Origin: a virus
Taxonomy: Duplodnaviria; Caudoviricetes
Direction: 5' to 3' (one strand)
IMG/VR virus record: IMGVR_UViG_3300037461_000212
Coordinates: 1 to 27,171 of that record
Length of the DNA: 27,171 nucleotides
Part shown: positions 16,737 to 25,395 of the stretch, in pieces
Layout of the letters: each line of letters begins with the position of its first letter
How positions within the stretch are numbered: the first letter of the stretch is position 1
Position numbers and translations under genes: made by a program
The notes under the pieces: model-generated
What the model saw: only the letters and a program-made list of their open reading frames with translations
Databases searched by the model: none
Told to the model about the DNA's origin: nothing

Positions 16737-17270
16737 TTAGGGGCGAGCGAAGCCTTGAAACCCCGTTGAAGCCCACTCTTTGAGTATCCCCTGCTCCATT
16801 GTAACCTTCATTCTGTTTACTGATTCGTTCGCCGCATTTCTGAACACAGTCGCCATAAACGGATGAGCAGGCACATGCCCTCGCCTGTCCGTTCCCGCTC
16901 TCATCTTTGACCTGCTGAGCCGCTTGCCAATCCTGTGCCCTCCTTCGACAAAAAACCCGTAATATGCCATGCCGAGAGGTTTCGGATTATATACAGCCGT
17001 CCATTTGTCAGAACGCTTTTTATTGTATTTCGCGCCGATCATTCTCCTGAGAAATCCCGGATACCGGATGCGCGAATCAAATTTATTCCCGTAATACTTC
17101 CCCTTGATTCCCTCGCGCCTGATAGGGGCTGCGATCTTCAGCCGATCCCGCACAAGAACAGCTCCCGAAAACGCCCCTTTTCTGAGCACCTTTTTGGCAA
17201 TCTTTTCCGGGAACTCACCGAGCGCTTTGTTTATTTCCTGCGTGTCGCACTTGATCTCTATGTCAATCAC
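16737..17270 (-). CDS. HK97 gp10-like neck / tail completion protein
   Basis: KKVLRKGA...LKIAAP...GFLRRMI...YYGFFVEGGH...VPAHPFM; GTG start at 17270 overlaps the upstream stop (GTGA). Confidence 0.85.
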   Translation of the reverse strand: MIDIEIKCDTQEINKALGEFPEKIAKKVLRKGAFSGAVLVRDRLKIAAPIRREGIKGKYYGNKFDSRIRYPGFLRRMIGAKYNKKRSDKWTAVYNPKPLGMAYYGFFVEGGHRIGKRLSRSKMRAGTDRRGHVPAHPFMATVFRNAANESVNRMKVTMEQGILKEWASTGFQGFARP

Positions 17271-17590
17271 TCGATAGACCTCGTACACATGAGTTGCAAT
17301 TCCCGGTTCCGTTCATCCACGTTGATGATCGTGTCGATGTAGTACTCATTCGTTCCGTGCATCAGCCGCATCTTCGCCGTGATGTCCTCCCGGTACCGCA
17401 TGATCACCCGCGCCTCGATCGCCGCGTTTATCTGTTTCGCCGCGAAATACTCCCTCCCTTTCAGCGGCTGAATCTGACACCGAATCTTCTGCGCCACATT
17501 CGCCCACGCCACCTCCGGCTCCCCGTACGCGTTCTGCGTCTCCACCTGACGCTGGATCGTCACCGAGTGCATGAGCCTGCCGGGATTCAC
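17267..17590 (-). CDS. Head closure / head-tail adaptor (SPP1 gp16-like)
   Basis: MNPGRLMHSVTIQ...YGEP..W...PLKGREYFAA...MRYREDITAKMRL motif. Confidence 0.92.
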   Translation of the reverse strand: MNPGRLMHSVTIQRQVETQNAYGEPEVAWANVAQKIRCQIQPLKGREYFAAKQINAAIEARVIMRYREDITAKMRLMHGTNEYYIDTIINVDERNRELQLMCTRSIE

Positions 17591-18207
17591 GGGTTGACCT
17601 CGATCAGGACATACTCGTCCAGCAGCCCGTCAACGAAACTGCGGTTGATCTCGCCAACGATATGCCCCTCGACTGTCGGCAGCCGATGCTCGTATTTCTG
17701 CGCCACCCTGAGCAGTATCCAATCCTCGATCCCCTCCGGCGTCGTGTCCGCGTCCGCATCCGTCGCCGATGACAGCGGGTAGCCCGCCACGAACTGAATC
17801 TGAACCGCGTTCTTGACCGGGTACACCCCGGGCCAATCCGAATCGTAGGCCAGCCGCACACGCCCCGGCTCGCTGTCGTAATCGACCGTGTAATAGGTTG
17901 ACGGCAGTGTCGTCGAGTTACCGCTCGTTTCGTCCAGGTAAGTGATCACCACATGGCTGCTAACGGTGCTGAGCGGAGCCCTCGGCAGGATCATCGTGCT
18001 TGCGAAATCGTCCAAAAATAACTTCCACGTCTGCGGCATGCAGCACCGCTTCGTCTTGTTCTCCGCCTCTTTGCGGGCGTCCTTTATCCACCGCTCCAGC
18101 AGTTCGTCCTCCTCCTCATATGTCGCTTGAAGTCTCAAGTAGGTCTTGACCTCATCGAGGCTCACCGGCTCCGCTGTCGCGTCAGTGACAATTCTAAGCG
18201 CTGGCAT
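17587..18207 (-). CDS. Head-tail connector (HK97 gp6 / phiE125 gp8-like)
   Basis: EPVSLDEVKTYLRL...AENKTKR...QTW...LPRAPL...VQIQFVAGY. Confidence 0.92.
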   Translation of the reverse strand: MPALRIVTDATAEPVSLDEVKTYLRLQATYEEEDELLERWIKDARKEAENKTKRCCMPQTWKLFLDDFASTMILPRAPLSTVSSHVVITYLDETSGNSTTLPSTYYTVDYDSEPGRVRLAYDSDWPGVYPVKNAVQIQFVAGYPLSSATDADADTTPEGIEDWILLRVAQKYEHRLPTVEGHIVGEINRSFVDGLLDEYVLIEVNP

Positions 18208-18418
18208 TGCCCCTGCCTTTCCGCCGCTTCGGCATCTCGACGACCCTCGTCTCCGGCGGTGACACCATCTCCGTTCTGTATAATTTTACCAGCCCCTTTG
18301 CCCGGTACACTGCCGCCTCGTCCGGATCAAGATCGACGACCGACCCGGGCTGTACCCAATCCCCTTTTTCGGTTTTGAAATAATACAGCGACAGGCACCT
18401 CACGACGCATCCCTCCAT
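18194..18418 (-). CDS. Small head-region hypothetical protein
   Basis: PGSVVDLDPDEA...GLV motif and basic C-terminus, typical of small genes preceding gp6; start may be GTG ~18403. Confidence 0.55.
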   Translation of the reverse strand: MEGCVVRCLSLYYFKTEKGDWVQPGSVVDLDPDEAAVYRAKGLVKLYRTEMVSPPETRVVEMPKRRKGRGNASA

Positions 18419-19239
18419 ATCTTCGGGTCTTGCAAGTTAGACCAAATCCTTTGAACTTCCTTGATCGCTTGCTCTGCCCCCATGTATTGCTGTATCTGGT
18501 TCCTCGTCAGTTCAAATTTCGCCTGCGCGTCGTTCCGCCGCTTCTCCATCGCGTGAAGGATCGACATCACCTTCGCTTCCCACGCGACCTGCTCCCGCTC
18601 TTGAAAGCCATACAAGAATCTCGTTTTCAGTAAGTCCGCTTCCGCCGGTATCGTGATCGGGATCCCCATGCCCGCCGCTATGCCTAGGAAAAATTCACAG
18701 CTGGGCCTTTGAGGGCCATATTCGGACTGAGTCGCCATGTCCACTCCCCAGCACCCGATCTCGCCCTTACCCCCGCTTTCAATGATTTCCTTGATCGCCA
18801 TCGCGATCATGTAGCTCACTGAGTTCGTGAAGTAATTGCCGAACTTTGCCACAATTTCCTGCAACGGGTATTCAACGCTCATCGGCACGACGTCCCAATG
18901 CTTCTGCATGAAAACCGGCACGTTCAGATTGGCCAGCGACTGCATGTAGTCGCCCATCGGCTGACCTCGGAAATTGTCAGCCCACTTGAACACCCCCGGC
19001 TTGATCAACTCCCGCCTGTAGAACTTCCCCTTGTCATACTTGATCGGATGAATCTCGAACCACTTGGTGTGCCGCTTTGTGTGGACGAACGCGTTGTTCA
19101 TGGCCCAGATGTCCCAGGAGGTGTCATCGTAGGGTGCAAGGATTTTCGTGTCCGAGCACCCCACGACGGCAATCCTCTTCAAAGGCTTCTCTGGTGCCTT
19201 CTGTTCGGGTTTAACTTCGCATGCCCTGTTTTTTGCCAT
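18400..19239 (-). CDS. Putative Maf/GT42-like (nonulosonate) glycosyltransferase, head-module copy, with C-terminal coiled coil
   Basis: KRIAVVG...WDIWAMNN...WFEIH...YFTNSVSYMIAMAI...IGCWGVDM...EYGPQRPSCEFFLGIAAGMGI; clear paralog of 24712..25395. Fold assignment is inferred. Confidence 0.55.
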   Translation of the reverse strand: MAKNRACEVKPEQKAPEKPLKRIAVVGCSDTKILAPYDDTSWDIWAMNNAFVHTKRHTKWFEIHPIKYDKGKFYRRELIKPGVFKWADNFRGQPMGDYMQSLANLNVPVFMQKHWDVVPMSVEYPLQEIVAKFGNYFTNSVSYMIAMAIKEIIESGGKGEIGCWGVDMATQSEYGPQRPSCEFFLGIAAGMGIPITIPAEADLLKTRFLYGFQEREQVAWEAKVMSILHAMEKRRNDAQAKFELTRNQIQQYMGAEQAIKEVQRIWSNLQDPKIWRDAS

Positions 19240-19280
19240 TTCTATTATCCCCCTTCCCCTAAAATTACTCGCGTAATGGA

Positions 19281-20108
19281 TTAACCAGCCGGTGTAATTC
19301 TGACACCAGCCGGACTTTGATAGTTCGTCTCAAGGATCGCGAATGCGGTCATGTCCGCAGCCGTGGCCGAACTGTCGATCCCCACCGCAAACTGACTGTA
19401 GCTTGCATTGGTAGCCGTCACTTTCGCCGGTGTGAACTCGATCAGTCCAATCTGCCGATTAGGGAACACGCAGCCGACAGCAGCCGTCGAAACATCCTGA
19501 ATGCTCGCCGCCACGTTAATCAGGCCAACACCTTGCACCTTTTCCTTGATGATCCCTGACCAGGCTTTCGTGTCGCCGGAGCCTACCGTGGTCCCTGCCA
19601 CGACTTCGAGGTTCGGGAACCATGTCTTGAGTGCGCTCCCCAGGGCATTGGCAAATGCCGTTGCGTCGCTGGCACTCAGCTGCTGGTCGGCAATGGTAGC
19701 GTTAGTCTGCATCGTGAACGTCTTGGTCGTGTTCCCGTACCCAATCGTCAACTCCCTACCCGTCGCCCAGGAACCGACAACTTGAATCTGGACAGACTCG
19801 CAGTTGTTCGCCTGCCCGACCGTCGCATAACCGAGCACGCATGTTGCGCTTGTCAGCGCAGCGAAGCTCGCCGGGTTCTGCGTCGCGTCCCCGACATACA
19901 CGGCAAACGTCGCCGAGTTAGCCAGTGAGGACTCCGCATGGGCAGCCGAATCCAAAACATTCAAGTCCATGTTCCATCCGCAGACGACCGTCACCCGCTC
20001 GACCCCTCTGAGCGAAACCGCCTGGCTCCGCACTTCAGTTGTCGTGCTGGTGTTGAGCGCCAGCGGAATGATTCTGTACTTTTCACCCGCGTATTTCGAC
20101 ATATTCAA
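19281..20108 (-). CDS. Probable capsid decoration / auxiliary head protein, Ser/Thr/Ala-rich
   Basis: Immediately follows the major capsid gene with strong RBS AAGGAGGT; SQAVSLRGVERVTVV pattern; start probably ATG 20102. Confidence 0.6.
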   Translation of the reverse strand: MNMSKYAGEKYRIIPLALNTSTTTEVRSQAVSLRGVERVTVVCGWNMDLNVLDSAAHAESSLANSATFAVYVGDATQNPASFAALTSATCVLGYATVGQANNCESVQIQVVGSWATGRELTIGYGNTTKTFTMQTNATIADQQLSASDATAFANALGSALKTWFPNLEVVAGTTVGSGDTKAWSGIIKEKVQGVGLINVAASIQDVSTAAVGCVFPNRQIGLIEFTPAKVTATNASYSQFAVGIDSSATAADMTAFAILETNYQSPAGVRITPAG

Positions 20109-20129
20109 ACACCTCCTTTTCTTTCAAGA

Positions 20130-21392
20130 TTATTGCAGCACCACGAATGGGCTGACTGTGTTGCTCGTTGACCCTTCCAACCCGATCGGCTGCGTGAGCC
20201 ACGGCTTGCCGTCGACGTTCCAGAACGCTTTGATTACCGTCTGGTTGGAAGTGAAATACACATGAGGCGATGCCTCGACAAACGGCCCGCTCCCGTTCTT
20301 GATCAGGTAGTACGAGCAGTCCGCCAGGATCAGGTCGCCTTCCGACCCCAATGCCGGAGCCCTGTCCGCGAAAACGATCGGGAATCCGAGCAATGTCGCC
20401 GGAATGCTCCCGGCCGCGCTCGCATACGCGGTGACAAACAGGTTGTTGCTGCCCCCGTCCGCGATCTGCATCAGGTACGGCAGAATGGTCTGAGACGCGA
20501 TCCAGGTCGGCGACCCCCCGAACTTCATGCGGGAGTACATCGTCCTGATGTCCTGCCATGTCACCTGGCTGGCCGTCTGACGGGTGACATTGATCTTTGC
20601 CGGGGAGTTGATGATCCCAAGAGGCTCCGCTACACCGCTCCCCCTCAAGAACCTGTAATCCTCCCAGCCTGCGATCGCCTTTCGAAGCTGTGTCGAAATC
20701 ACGGACGACGCGGCGCCCCAGTTTCGGAGCAGTTTGTCCGATGCTCTGATCCAGCCTGCGACCTCTGTCGGCTCAAGCGAGATCTCCTTGAACCGGATAT
20801 CAGTCTCGCCCTTGGTTCCGGCCTCGGCGACTGCCGCGACCACTACACCGCCGTAAATGTTCTCGGCGTTCGTCTGATCCAGCGCAGGCATCGATAACTT
20901 TGCATCCGGTGGATCCCCTGCCGGGATGACCGTCGCCCTCGGCCTGATGATCTGCTCCTGCGGTTGCACCTGCATGAGCTCGCCGCGCCACTGTTCTGGC
21001 ACCATGAACCCGCCTTTTGTCCCGTCGCCCATTGTCTGGTCGCGGCTCTGGTAGAGGTCCTGCAGCCTCGGGTCGTTACGGTTGTAGCAAACGTTGTACA
21101 CGAACTCTCCGAAGCACGAAAACTCCTTCGGTGATGCCGCCTTGCGCTTGCCGAAATCGGGCTGGTACGGTTTCTCTTTCCGCTCCTCGGCCGCTGCAGT
21201 CTGGATCGCGAGTTTCTCTTCCCGCTCCAGATCGTGCTGCAGCTTGTCCGTCGCCTTGTCGAGCGTGTCATAGACACCCGTCTCCTCTGCCGTGAGGTCC
21301 CTCTTCTCGCCGTCCGCCAGGTCAAGCATGGCGCGGAGTTTTGCGAGGTTCTCCTCGATTGTCGCCCTCAATTGCTTAATTCTTTCATTCAT
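20130..21392 (-). CDS. HK97-fold major capsid protein with N-terminal coiled-coil delta (scaffold) domain
   Basis: KRDLTAEE coiled coil; KGGFMVPEQ; AEAGTKGETDIRFKEISLEP; FLRGSGVAEPLGII; TLLGFPIV; VSPFVVL. Confidence 0.96.
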   Translation of the reverse strand: MNERIKQLRATIEENLAKLRAMLDLADGEKRDLTAEETGVYDTLDKATDKLQHDLEREEKLAIQTAAAEERKEKPYQPDFGKRKAASPKEFSCFGEFVYNVCYNRNDPRLQDLYQSRDQTMGDGTKGGFMVPEQWRGELMQVQPQEQIIRPRATVIPAGDPPDAKLSMPALDQTNAENIYGGVVVAAVAEAGTKGETDIRFKEISLEPTEVAGWIRASDKLLRNWGAASSVISTQLRKAIAGWEDYRFLRGSGVAEPLGIINSPAKINVTRQTASQVTWQDIRTMYSRMKFGGSPTWIASQTILPYLMQIADGGSNNLFVTAYASAAGSIPATLLGFPIVFADRAPALGSEGDLILADCSYYLIKNGSGPFVEASPHVYFTSNQTVIKAFWNVDGKPWLTQPIGLEGSTSNTVSPFVVLQ

Positions 21393-22004
21393 CTAACAAC
21401 ACCTCCTTTTGTATTCCTTGGTTTTAAGTTCCAGTTCCCGTCTGCGCACTCTCCATCCCCGCGCCTCGAATGCTTTGACAGCCCGCTGCGTTTCCGACCA
21501 CAGTTTTCGTGAATGGACGGAAACATCCGTTTCCTTGTAAAATGGGAAGGTGACCGGCGATACGTCCCACAGCCTCACCTCTTGAAGTGTGAAAAGATCA
21601 GGCTCCTTGTCGCCACTGCCGCTTTGCCTCTCCTCCTTCAGTATCTCGAACCCGAAACTCATCTGCGTGATGTCGCCCCTGCCGATGCTGACCGCGAGGT
21701 CTTTGGCGAACTGCGTGTCCGGCGGATCGATCTCGACCAGCAGCCCCGTGTCGTCCTCGCGCAGCTTCAATGTCCCGGCCCTGTTCCTGCCGAGGACGAA
21801 GTTCGGGTCGTGATTGAACAGCGCCCTGATGTCGTCCTTCGCGATCGATTCCTTGAACGCGCCCGGAGCCACCTGTTCGCGGAACCACCCGCCGCCGTCC
21901 GCGATCACATTGAACACCGCCGCATGACCGACAATCCGCTGCTTGGCGTCCTCTTCGCGCACCTCCAGTTTATCGACATTGTATGTCCGATATTCTTTAG
22001 GCAT
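21393..22004 (-). CDS. HK97-family prohead protease
   Basis: IVGHAAVFN...FREQVAPGAF...ALFNHD..VLGR..AGTLKLREDDTGL...MSFGF...DVSPVTFPFY. Confidence 0.96.
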   Translation of the reverse strand: MPKEYRTYNVDKLEVREEDAKQRIVGHAAVFNVIADGGGWFREQVAPGAFKESIAKDDIRALFNHDPNFVLGRNRAGTLKLREDDTGLLVEIDPPDTQFAKDLAVSIGRGDITQMSFGFEILKEERQSGSGDKEPDLFTLQEVRLWDVSPVTFPFYKETDVSVHSRKLWSETQRAVKAFEARGWRVRRRELELKTKEYKRRCC

Positions 22005-23304
22005 TTCCTACCCCCTCCTCCTCGCCTTCCAACTTGAATTTCCCGTTTCCCTTCTTAGGCACAAACCCCGGCTCCTTTGCCGGAGGCGGCTCCGCGCCAG
22101 CCTCGGTCATGTTCATCGGCTGCAAGTAGACTTGCCCCTTCTCGTCCGGCAGCGGGTTCATGTTCTCCAATGCCCTGATCTCGTCCACGTTCATCCATCC
22201 CCATTGCCGAGCCACGCTGTATGCCTGGAATCTGCTCGCCGTGTCGCCCCTCAAAAGCCCCGCCATCACATGCTCGAAAAAATATCGTTTCTGCTCTGCG
22301 TCCGACAGCAGATACTTGTTCATGCTCTGCTCGAGCCGTTTGCACCACGGCGCGATCGTGAACGTCGCAAACGACAGGAACAGCTGCTCCGCGCTCGCAT
22401 ACGTCATTGTGTTCGTCGGATGCCCTATCAACACCGGCGGAACTCCGAATATTCGGGCGATCTCCTCGATCTGAAACTGTCTCGATTCGAGGAATTGGCT
22501 GTCCTCGTTAGTGATAGATAAAGGATCAATCTTTCCGCCTTCTTCCGTGATGATCGACTTGAACCTGTTTTCCGACTTGGCATACTCCGCGAGCGATTCC
22601 TTGAGGAACTTCTTGGCGTTTTCCGACAGCTTGCCGGGGAAGCTCAGGTTCATCCCCACCGTGGCATTGTTGGCGAAATACCGGCTACCGTACTCGTCCG
22701 CCGCCAGCGACAGCCCGATGCTTTCACGGGCAAGTGAAATCGGCGACACCCCGAGGATCCCCTCCGGCGGGGCCCCGTTCTGCAAACACGATATCGGTAG
22801 GTTCTTGAGATGCCATATCCTGTCCGGTGCGAATGTTTCTGTGCGTCCGTCCTCGTATGTGTACTCGTAAACCAGCAGCCCATTTGACCGAGACACGCTC
22901 ATGTTGGCCGGGTTCAACGGGATCAGGCTTTCGATGATCCCCCGGTTGTTCATGCTCTTGACGCAAAACGCGTTGCCGCGCAGGTTGATGTGGGTGACAA
23001 TCAACTCCCTCAACTCGAAGCTGGTCATGTAATCGTTAGGGGATTCGTGCAGGACGCTGTAGAGCGGGTGATTGACGGCGGGTTGCTTGCCGTCTCCTAC
23101 CCGCTCGTACAGCATTAGAGGAAGTGAGGCGAGAGTTTCGGAAAGCCGCTTGACACAGGCGTAGACAACCGACACGTTAAGCGCGTTGTCTGCGCTGACA
23201 TTGACCCCTGCGGATGATTTGTTGTTGAGAACCGCTCGGCTGACGATCCAATGCCAAGGATCGCTGACCCCACGCTTGAAGATCGCACTGAACGGATTTT
23301 TCAA
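21997..23304 (-). CDS. HK97-family portal protein
   Basis: VYACVKRLSETLASLPL; PNDYMTSFE; LRGNAF; GVSPISLARESIG; QFLESRQFQIEEIARIFGVPP; MNVDEIRALENMNPL. Start favoured at TTG 23304 (MKNPF) after GGGGT; ORF track start 23319. Confidence 0.96.
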   Translation of the reverse strand: MKNPFSAIFKRGVSDPWHWIVSRAVLNNKSSAGVNVSADNALNVSVVYACVKRLSETLASLPLMLYERVGDGKQPAVNHPLYSVLHESPNDYMTSFELRELIVTHINLRGNAFCVKSMNNRGIIESLIPLNPANMSVSRSNGLLVYEYTYEDGRTETFAPDRIWHLKNLPISCLQNGAPPEGILGVSPISLARESIGLSLAADEYGSRYFANNATVGMNLSFPGKLSENAKKFLKESLAEYAKSENRFKSIITEEGGKIDPLSITNEDSQFLESRQFQIEEIARIFGVPPVLIGHPTNTMTYASAEQLFLSFATFTIAPWCKRLEQSMNKYLLSDAEQKRYFFEHVMAGLLRGDTASRFQAYSVARQWGWMNVDEIRALENMNPLPDEKGQVYLQPMNMTEAGAEPPPAKEPGFVPKKGNGKFKLEGEEEGVGNA

Positions 23305-23332
23305 TAAAAACCCCATCAATATTCGATGGGGT
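23302..23332 (-). terminator. Intrinsic terminator-like hairpin overlapping the portal ribosome-binding site
   Basis: Minus strand ACCCCATC-GAATATT-GATGGGGT followed by TTTTATT. Confidence 0.6.
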
Positions 23333-23409
23333 AATTATCTCATTGCTTTTTACTGTGTTTTCGCCTGTTACCGTCTATTACTCATAGTTTGCCTCAAAAT
23401 AGACATCTT

Positions 23410-23766
23410 TTACTCTTGACAAGCCTCTGGAATTGTCCATCTGAAAACGTATGCGAGGTACTCGCTTACCCTGTAAACATGAGTTATTTTCATAGCCCTC
23501 CCCGGTGCGGGATAAACTCCCAGGGCTCTTGTCCCGATGATCCGCACATACCCCAATTCTTCACAGTACGCCTCTGCATGCGGGGCCTCGTCTGTCTCTC
23601 CCCAATGAATTACCGGCTCTGAGGCACAGTAAGGTTCTATGGCGATTGCGGCTAGGATAGCTTCGTGCCGACAGTAGAACGGGTAAATGGGTACACTCGG
23701 CCCGTCACCGCTGGCTGAACCGCCACAGGCTGTGAGAAACAGAAGTAGAGGTACCAGCTTTTTCAT
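23410..23766 (-). CDS. Small lipoprotein, possibly with a transglutaminase-like Cys/His pair
   Basis: Lipobox MKKLVPLLLFLTA-CGG; YCRHEA...PHAEA. Confidence 0.55.
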   Translation of the reverse strand: MKKLVPLLLFLTACGGSASGDGPSVPIYPFYCRHEAILAAIAIEPYCASEPVIHWGETDEAPHAEAYCEELGYVRIIGTRALGVYPAPGRAMKITHVYRVSEYLAYVFRWTIPEACQE

Positions 23767-23957
23767 TTACTACTGGCCTCTGCCATCTCAATCCGTTCCT
23801 GTAGCCAAAAATCAATCAAATCCCCCTTTGACATCCACACCCCGTCGATCTTCTTCGCCGGGAACTTTTTGCACTCCACGAGCCGCTCTATTGTGGGCCA
23901 TGACCTCCCCGTGTAACCCGCTATCTCCTTCCGCCCGATAAGGATTCTTTTTTCCAT
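23763..23957 (-). CDS. Small helix-turn-helix DNA-binding protein (AlpA/excisionase-like)
   Basis: LIGRKEIAGYTGRSWPTIERLV...FPAKKIDGVW...LIDFW; start re-assigned to ATG 23957 (RBS AAGGA). Confidence 0.75.
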   Translation of the reverse strand: MEKRILIGRKEIAGYTGRSWPTIERLVECKKFPAKKIDGVWMSKGDLIDFWLQERIEMAEASSK

Positions 23958-23974
23958 CTGTTTTTCCTTTTCCG

Positions 23975-24007
23975 CTTTGTGCCTTTGTGCCTCTGTGCCT
24001 TTGTCCC
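23975..24007. repeat. Four tandem octamer repeats, same family as 16568..16670
   Basis: Plus strand CTTTGTGC CTTTGTGC CTCTGTGC CTTTGTCC. Confidence 0.85.
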
Positions 24008-24013
24008 TCATGT

Positions 24014-24715
24014 TCACCTTCTGGTGAACACGATGTTTTCCGCATCGATGCCCTCGCGTGTCCGTCGTTCCCTGCTATGTGGCAACATTTCGTTGAAACG
24101 GTTGTAAACAGTAAACCCCTTCAACAACAGCATCATCCCGATCATCAGCCTGCTCTTGCTCGACACTTCAACAAGGATGCTCTCAATCCTGTCCACGGTC
24201 TTGATCATTCCTTTGACGACCGCTTCCTCCTGCCCGTCGATGTCAATCTTGACATAGTCCGGCGACGGCCACAGTTCCGCGAAATGATCGATCGTTTCGA
24301 AAGCCACATCCCCGATGTGCATGGACTCGCGCATCTGCGCCCCCGTCGCGCCCGAACTACCATCAGGCACATCCATGCTTCCCATGCCTACCCTGTCCCC
24401 CATCGCGCACTTGATGATCGTGATCGCCGCGTGTCCCTCCGGCTGCATCCCGAATCGGTTGTAGTCCCGATTGAAGTGCAAGGTGGTGTTGTTCGCTTCG
24501 TGCGGCTCGAAGGCGTAAATCCTGATCCCCCTGTTCAAACTTGCCGCGTACAGCGAATAGACCCCTACGTTTGCCCCGATGTCGTAGAACACCGTCCCCG
24601 GCTCGAAGCTGTCGATCCATGCGATCGTCTCAGGCTCCTTAGTCCAGAACGTATTCCACCTGTACTTTTCCATCGGTGTGTTGCATGCCATCCAGAACGG
24701 CGGGTCATGTCTCAT
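24014..24715 (-). CDS. FkbM-family SAM-dependent methyltransferase
   Basis: TKEPETIAWID...FYDIGANVGVYSLYAA...YAFEP...PDYVKIDIDGQE...SILVEV. Confidence 0.92.
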   Translation of the reverse strand: MRHDPPFWMACNTPMEKYRWNTFWTKEPETIAWIDSFEPGTVFYDIGANVGVYSLYAASLNRGIRIYAFEPHEANNTTLHFNRDYNRFGMQPEGHAAITIIKCAMGDRVGMGSMDVPDGSSGATGAQMRESMHIGDVAFETIDHFAELWPSPDYVKIDIDGQEEAVVKGMIKTVDRIESILVEVSSKSRLMIGMMLLLKGFTVYNRFNEMLPHSRERRTREGIDAENIVFTRR

Positions 24716-25395
24716 TTGTCGTCCCTCCGCCAGTACGGATTGTAGAAATAACGCGTCAGCCGTTCCTGCAAACCCGTTGTCACCATCATCGCCACGTCCG
24801 TCGCAAAGTGTCCATGGAGCATGTAGATCAAGTCCGTGTCCTCCCCGATCGCGTAAATGTAAGGCGCCTTCAAAAGCTGAGACTCAAGCCCGATCGTCAC
24901 CGGGATCCCCATCCCCCTCGCGATCCCGATCATGTATTCCAAACTCGGCCGTTGGTAATAATACTCCTGCGCTCCGAAGTTCATCCCGAACAAAGCGATT
25001 TCGTCCGCGCCCTCCATGATCGCCTGCGCCAGCATCCAAGTGAACGAACACCCGAAATAATCCCCCCACTTCTCCCGTATCTTGTCGAACGGGAACTCTT
25101 TGCTGTGCTTGATGATGCTCCACTTTTTCTGCATGAAGGTTGGGATTTTCAGTTCATCGATCTCCTGCAAGTACCACCTGACCTCCTGATCGCTGCTTAT
25201 CGGGTAATAGCTGATCCCCCGCCGCTTGTACTTCTGCCCCTCCCGCTCGATCGTGTGCAGCTCGTACCACCTCGAAAACTTGACATCTGGAAATCCCTTG
25301 TAAAGATTGTTGCAGCTCCACAGTTCCCATCCCTTGCCCTGCTCGATCAAATCATCCTGACCAATGTCAGCCCCGACTATCCCCACTTTTCTCAT
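24712..25395 (-). CDS. Putative Maf/GT42-like (nonulosonate) glycosyltransferase, cluster copy
   Basis: KVGIVG...WELWSCNN...WYELH...YFGCSFTWMLAQAIMEGADEIALFGMNF..QEYYYQRPSLEYMIGIARGMGI; translationally coupled to the cytidylyltransferase and FkbM genes. Confidence 0.55.
   Translation of the reverse strand: MRKVGIVGADIGQDDLIEQGKGWELWSCNNLYKGFPDVKFSRWYELHTIEREGQKYKRRGISYYPISSDQEVRWYLQEIDELKIPTFMQKKWSIIKHSKEFPFDKIREKWGDYFGCSFTWMLAQAIMEGADEIALFGMNFGAQEYYYQRPSLEYMIGIARGMGIPVTIGLESQLLKAPYIYAIGEDTDLIYMLHGHFATDVAMMVTTGLQERLTRYFYNPYWRRDDK

Noticed and set aside
16297-16776. 159-aa minus-strand ORF spanning the intergenic repeat
   Set aside because: Its KGTKGQR and VPLCLCP text is the translated octamer repeat, and it overlaps the tail terminator gene out of frame.
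19261-19277. ATTAC-GCGA-GTAAT hairpin plus short T run after the decoration gene
   Set aside because: A 5-bp AT-rich stem is too weak to call a terminator or boxB-like site from sequence alone.
23416-23421. Perfect TTGACA on the plus strand
   Set aside because: No matching -10 at 16-18 bp and no plus-strand gene downstream; it lies within the lipoprotein coding end.
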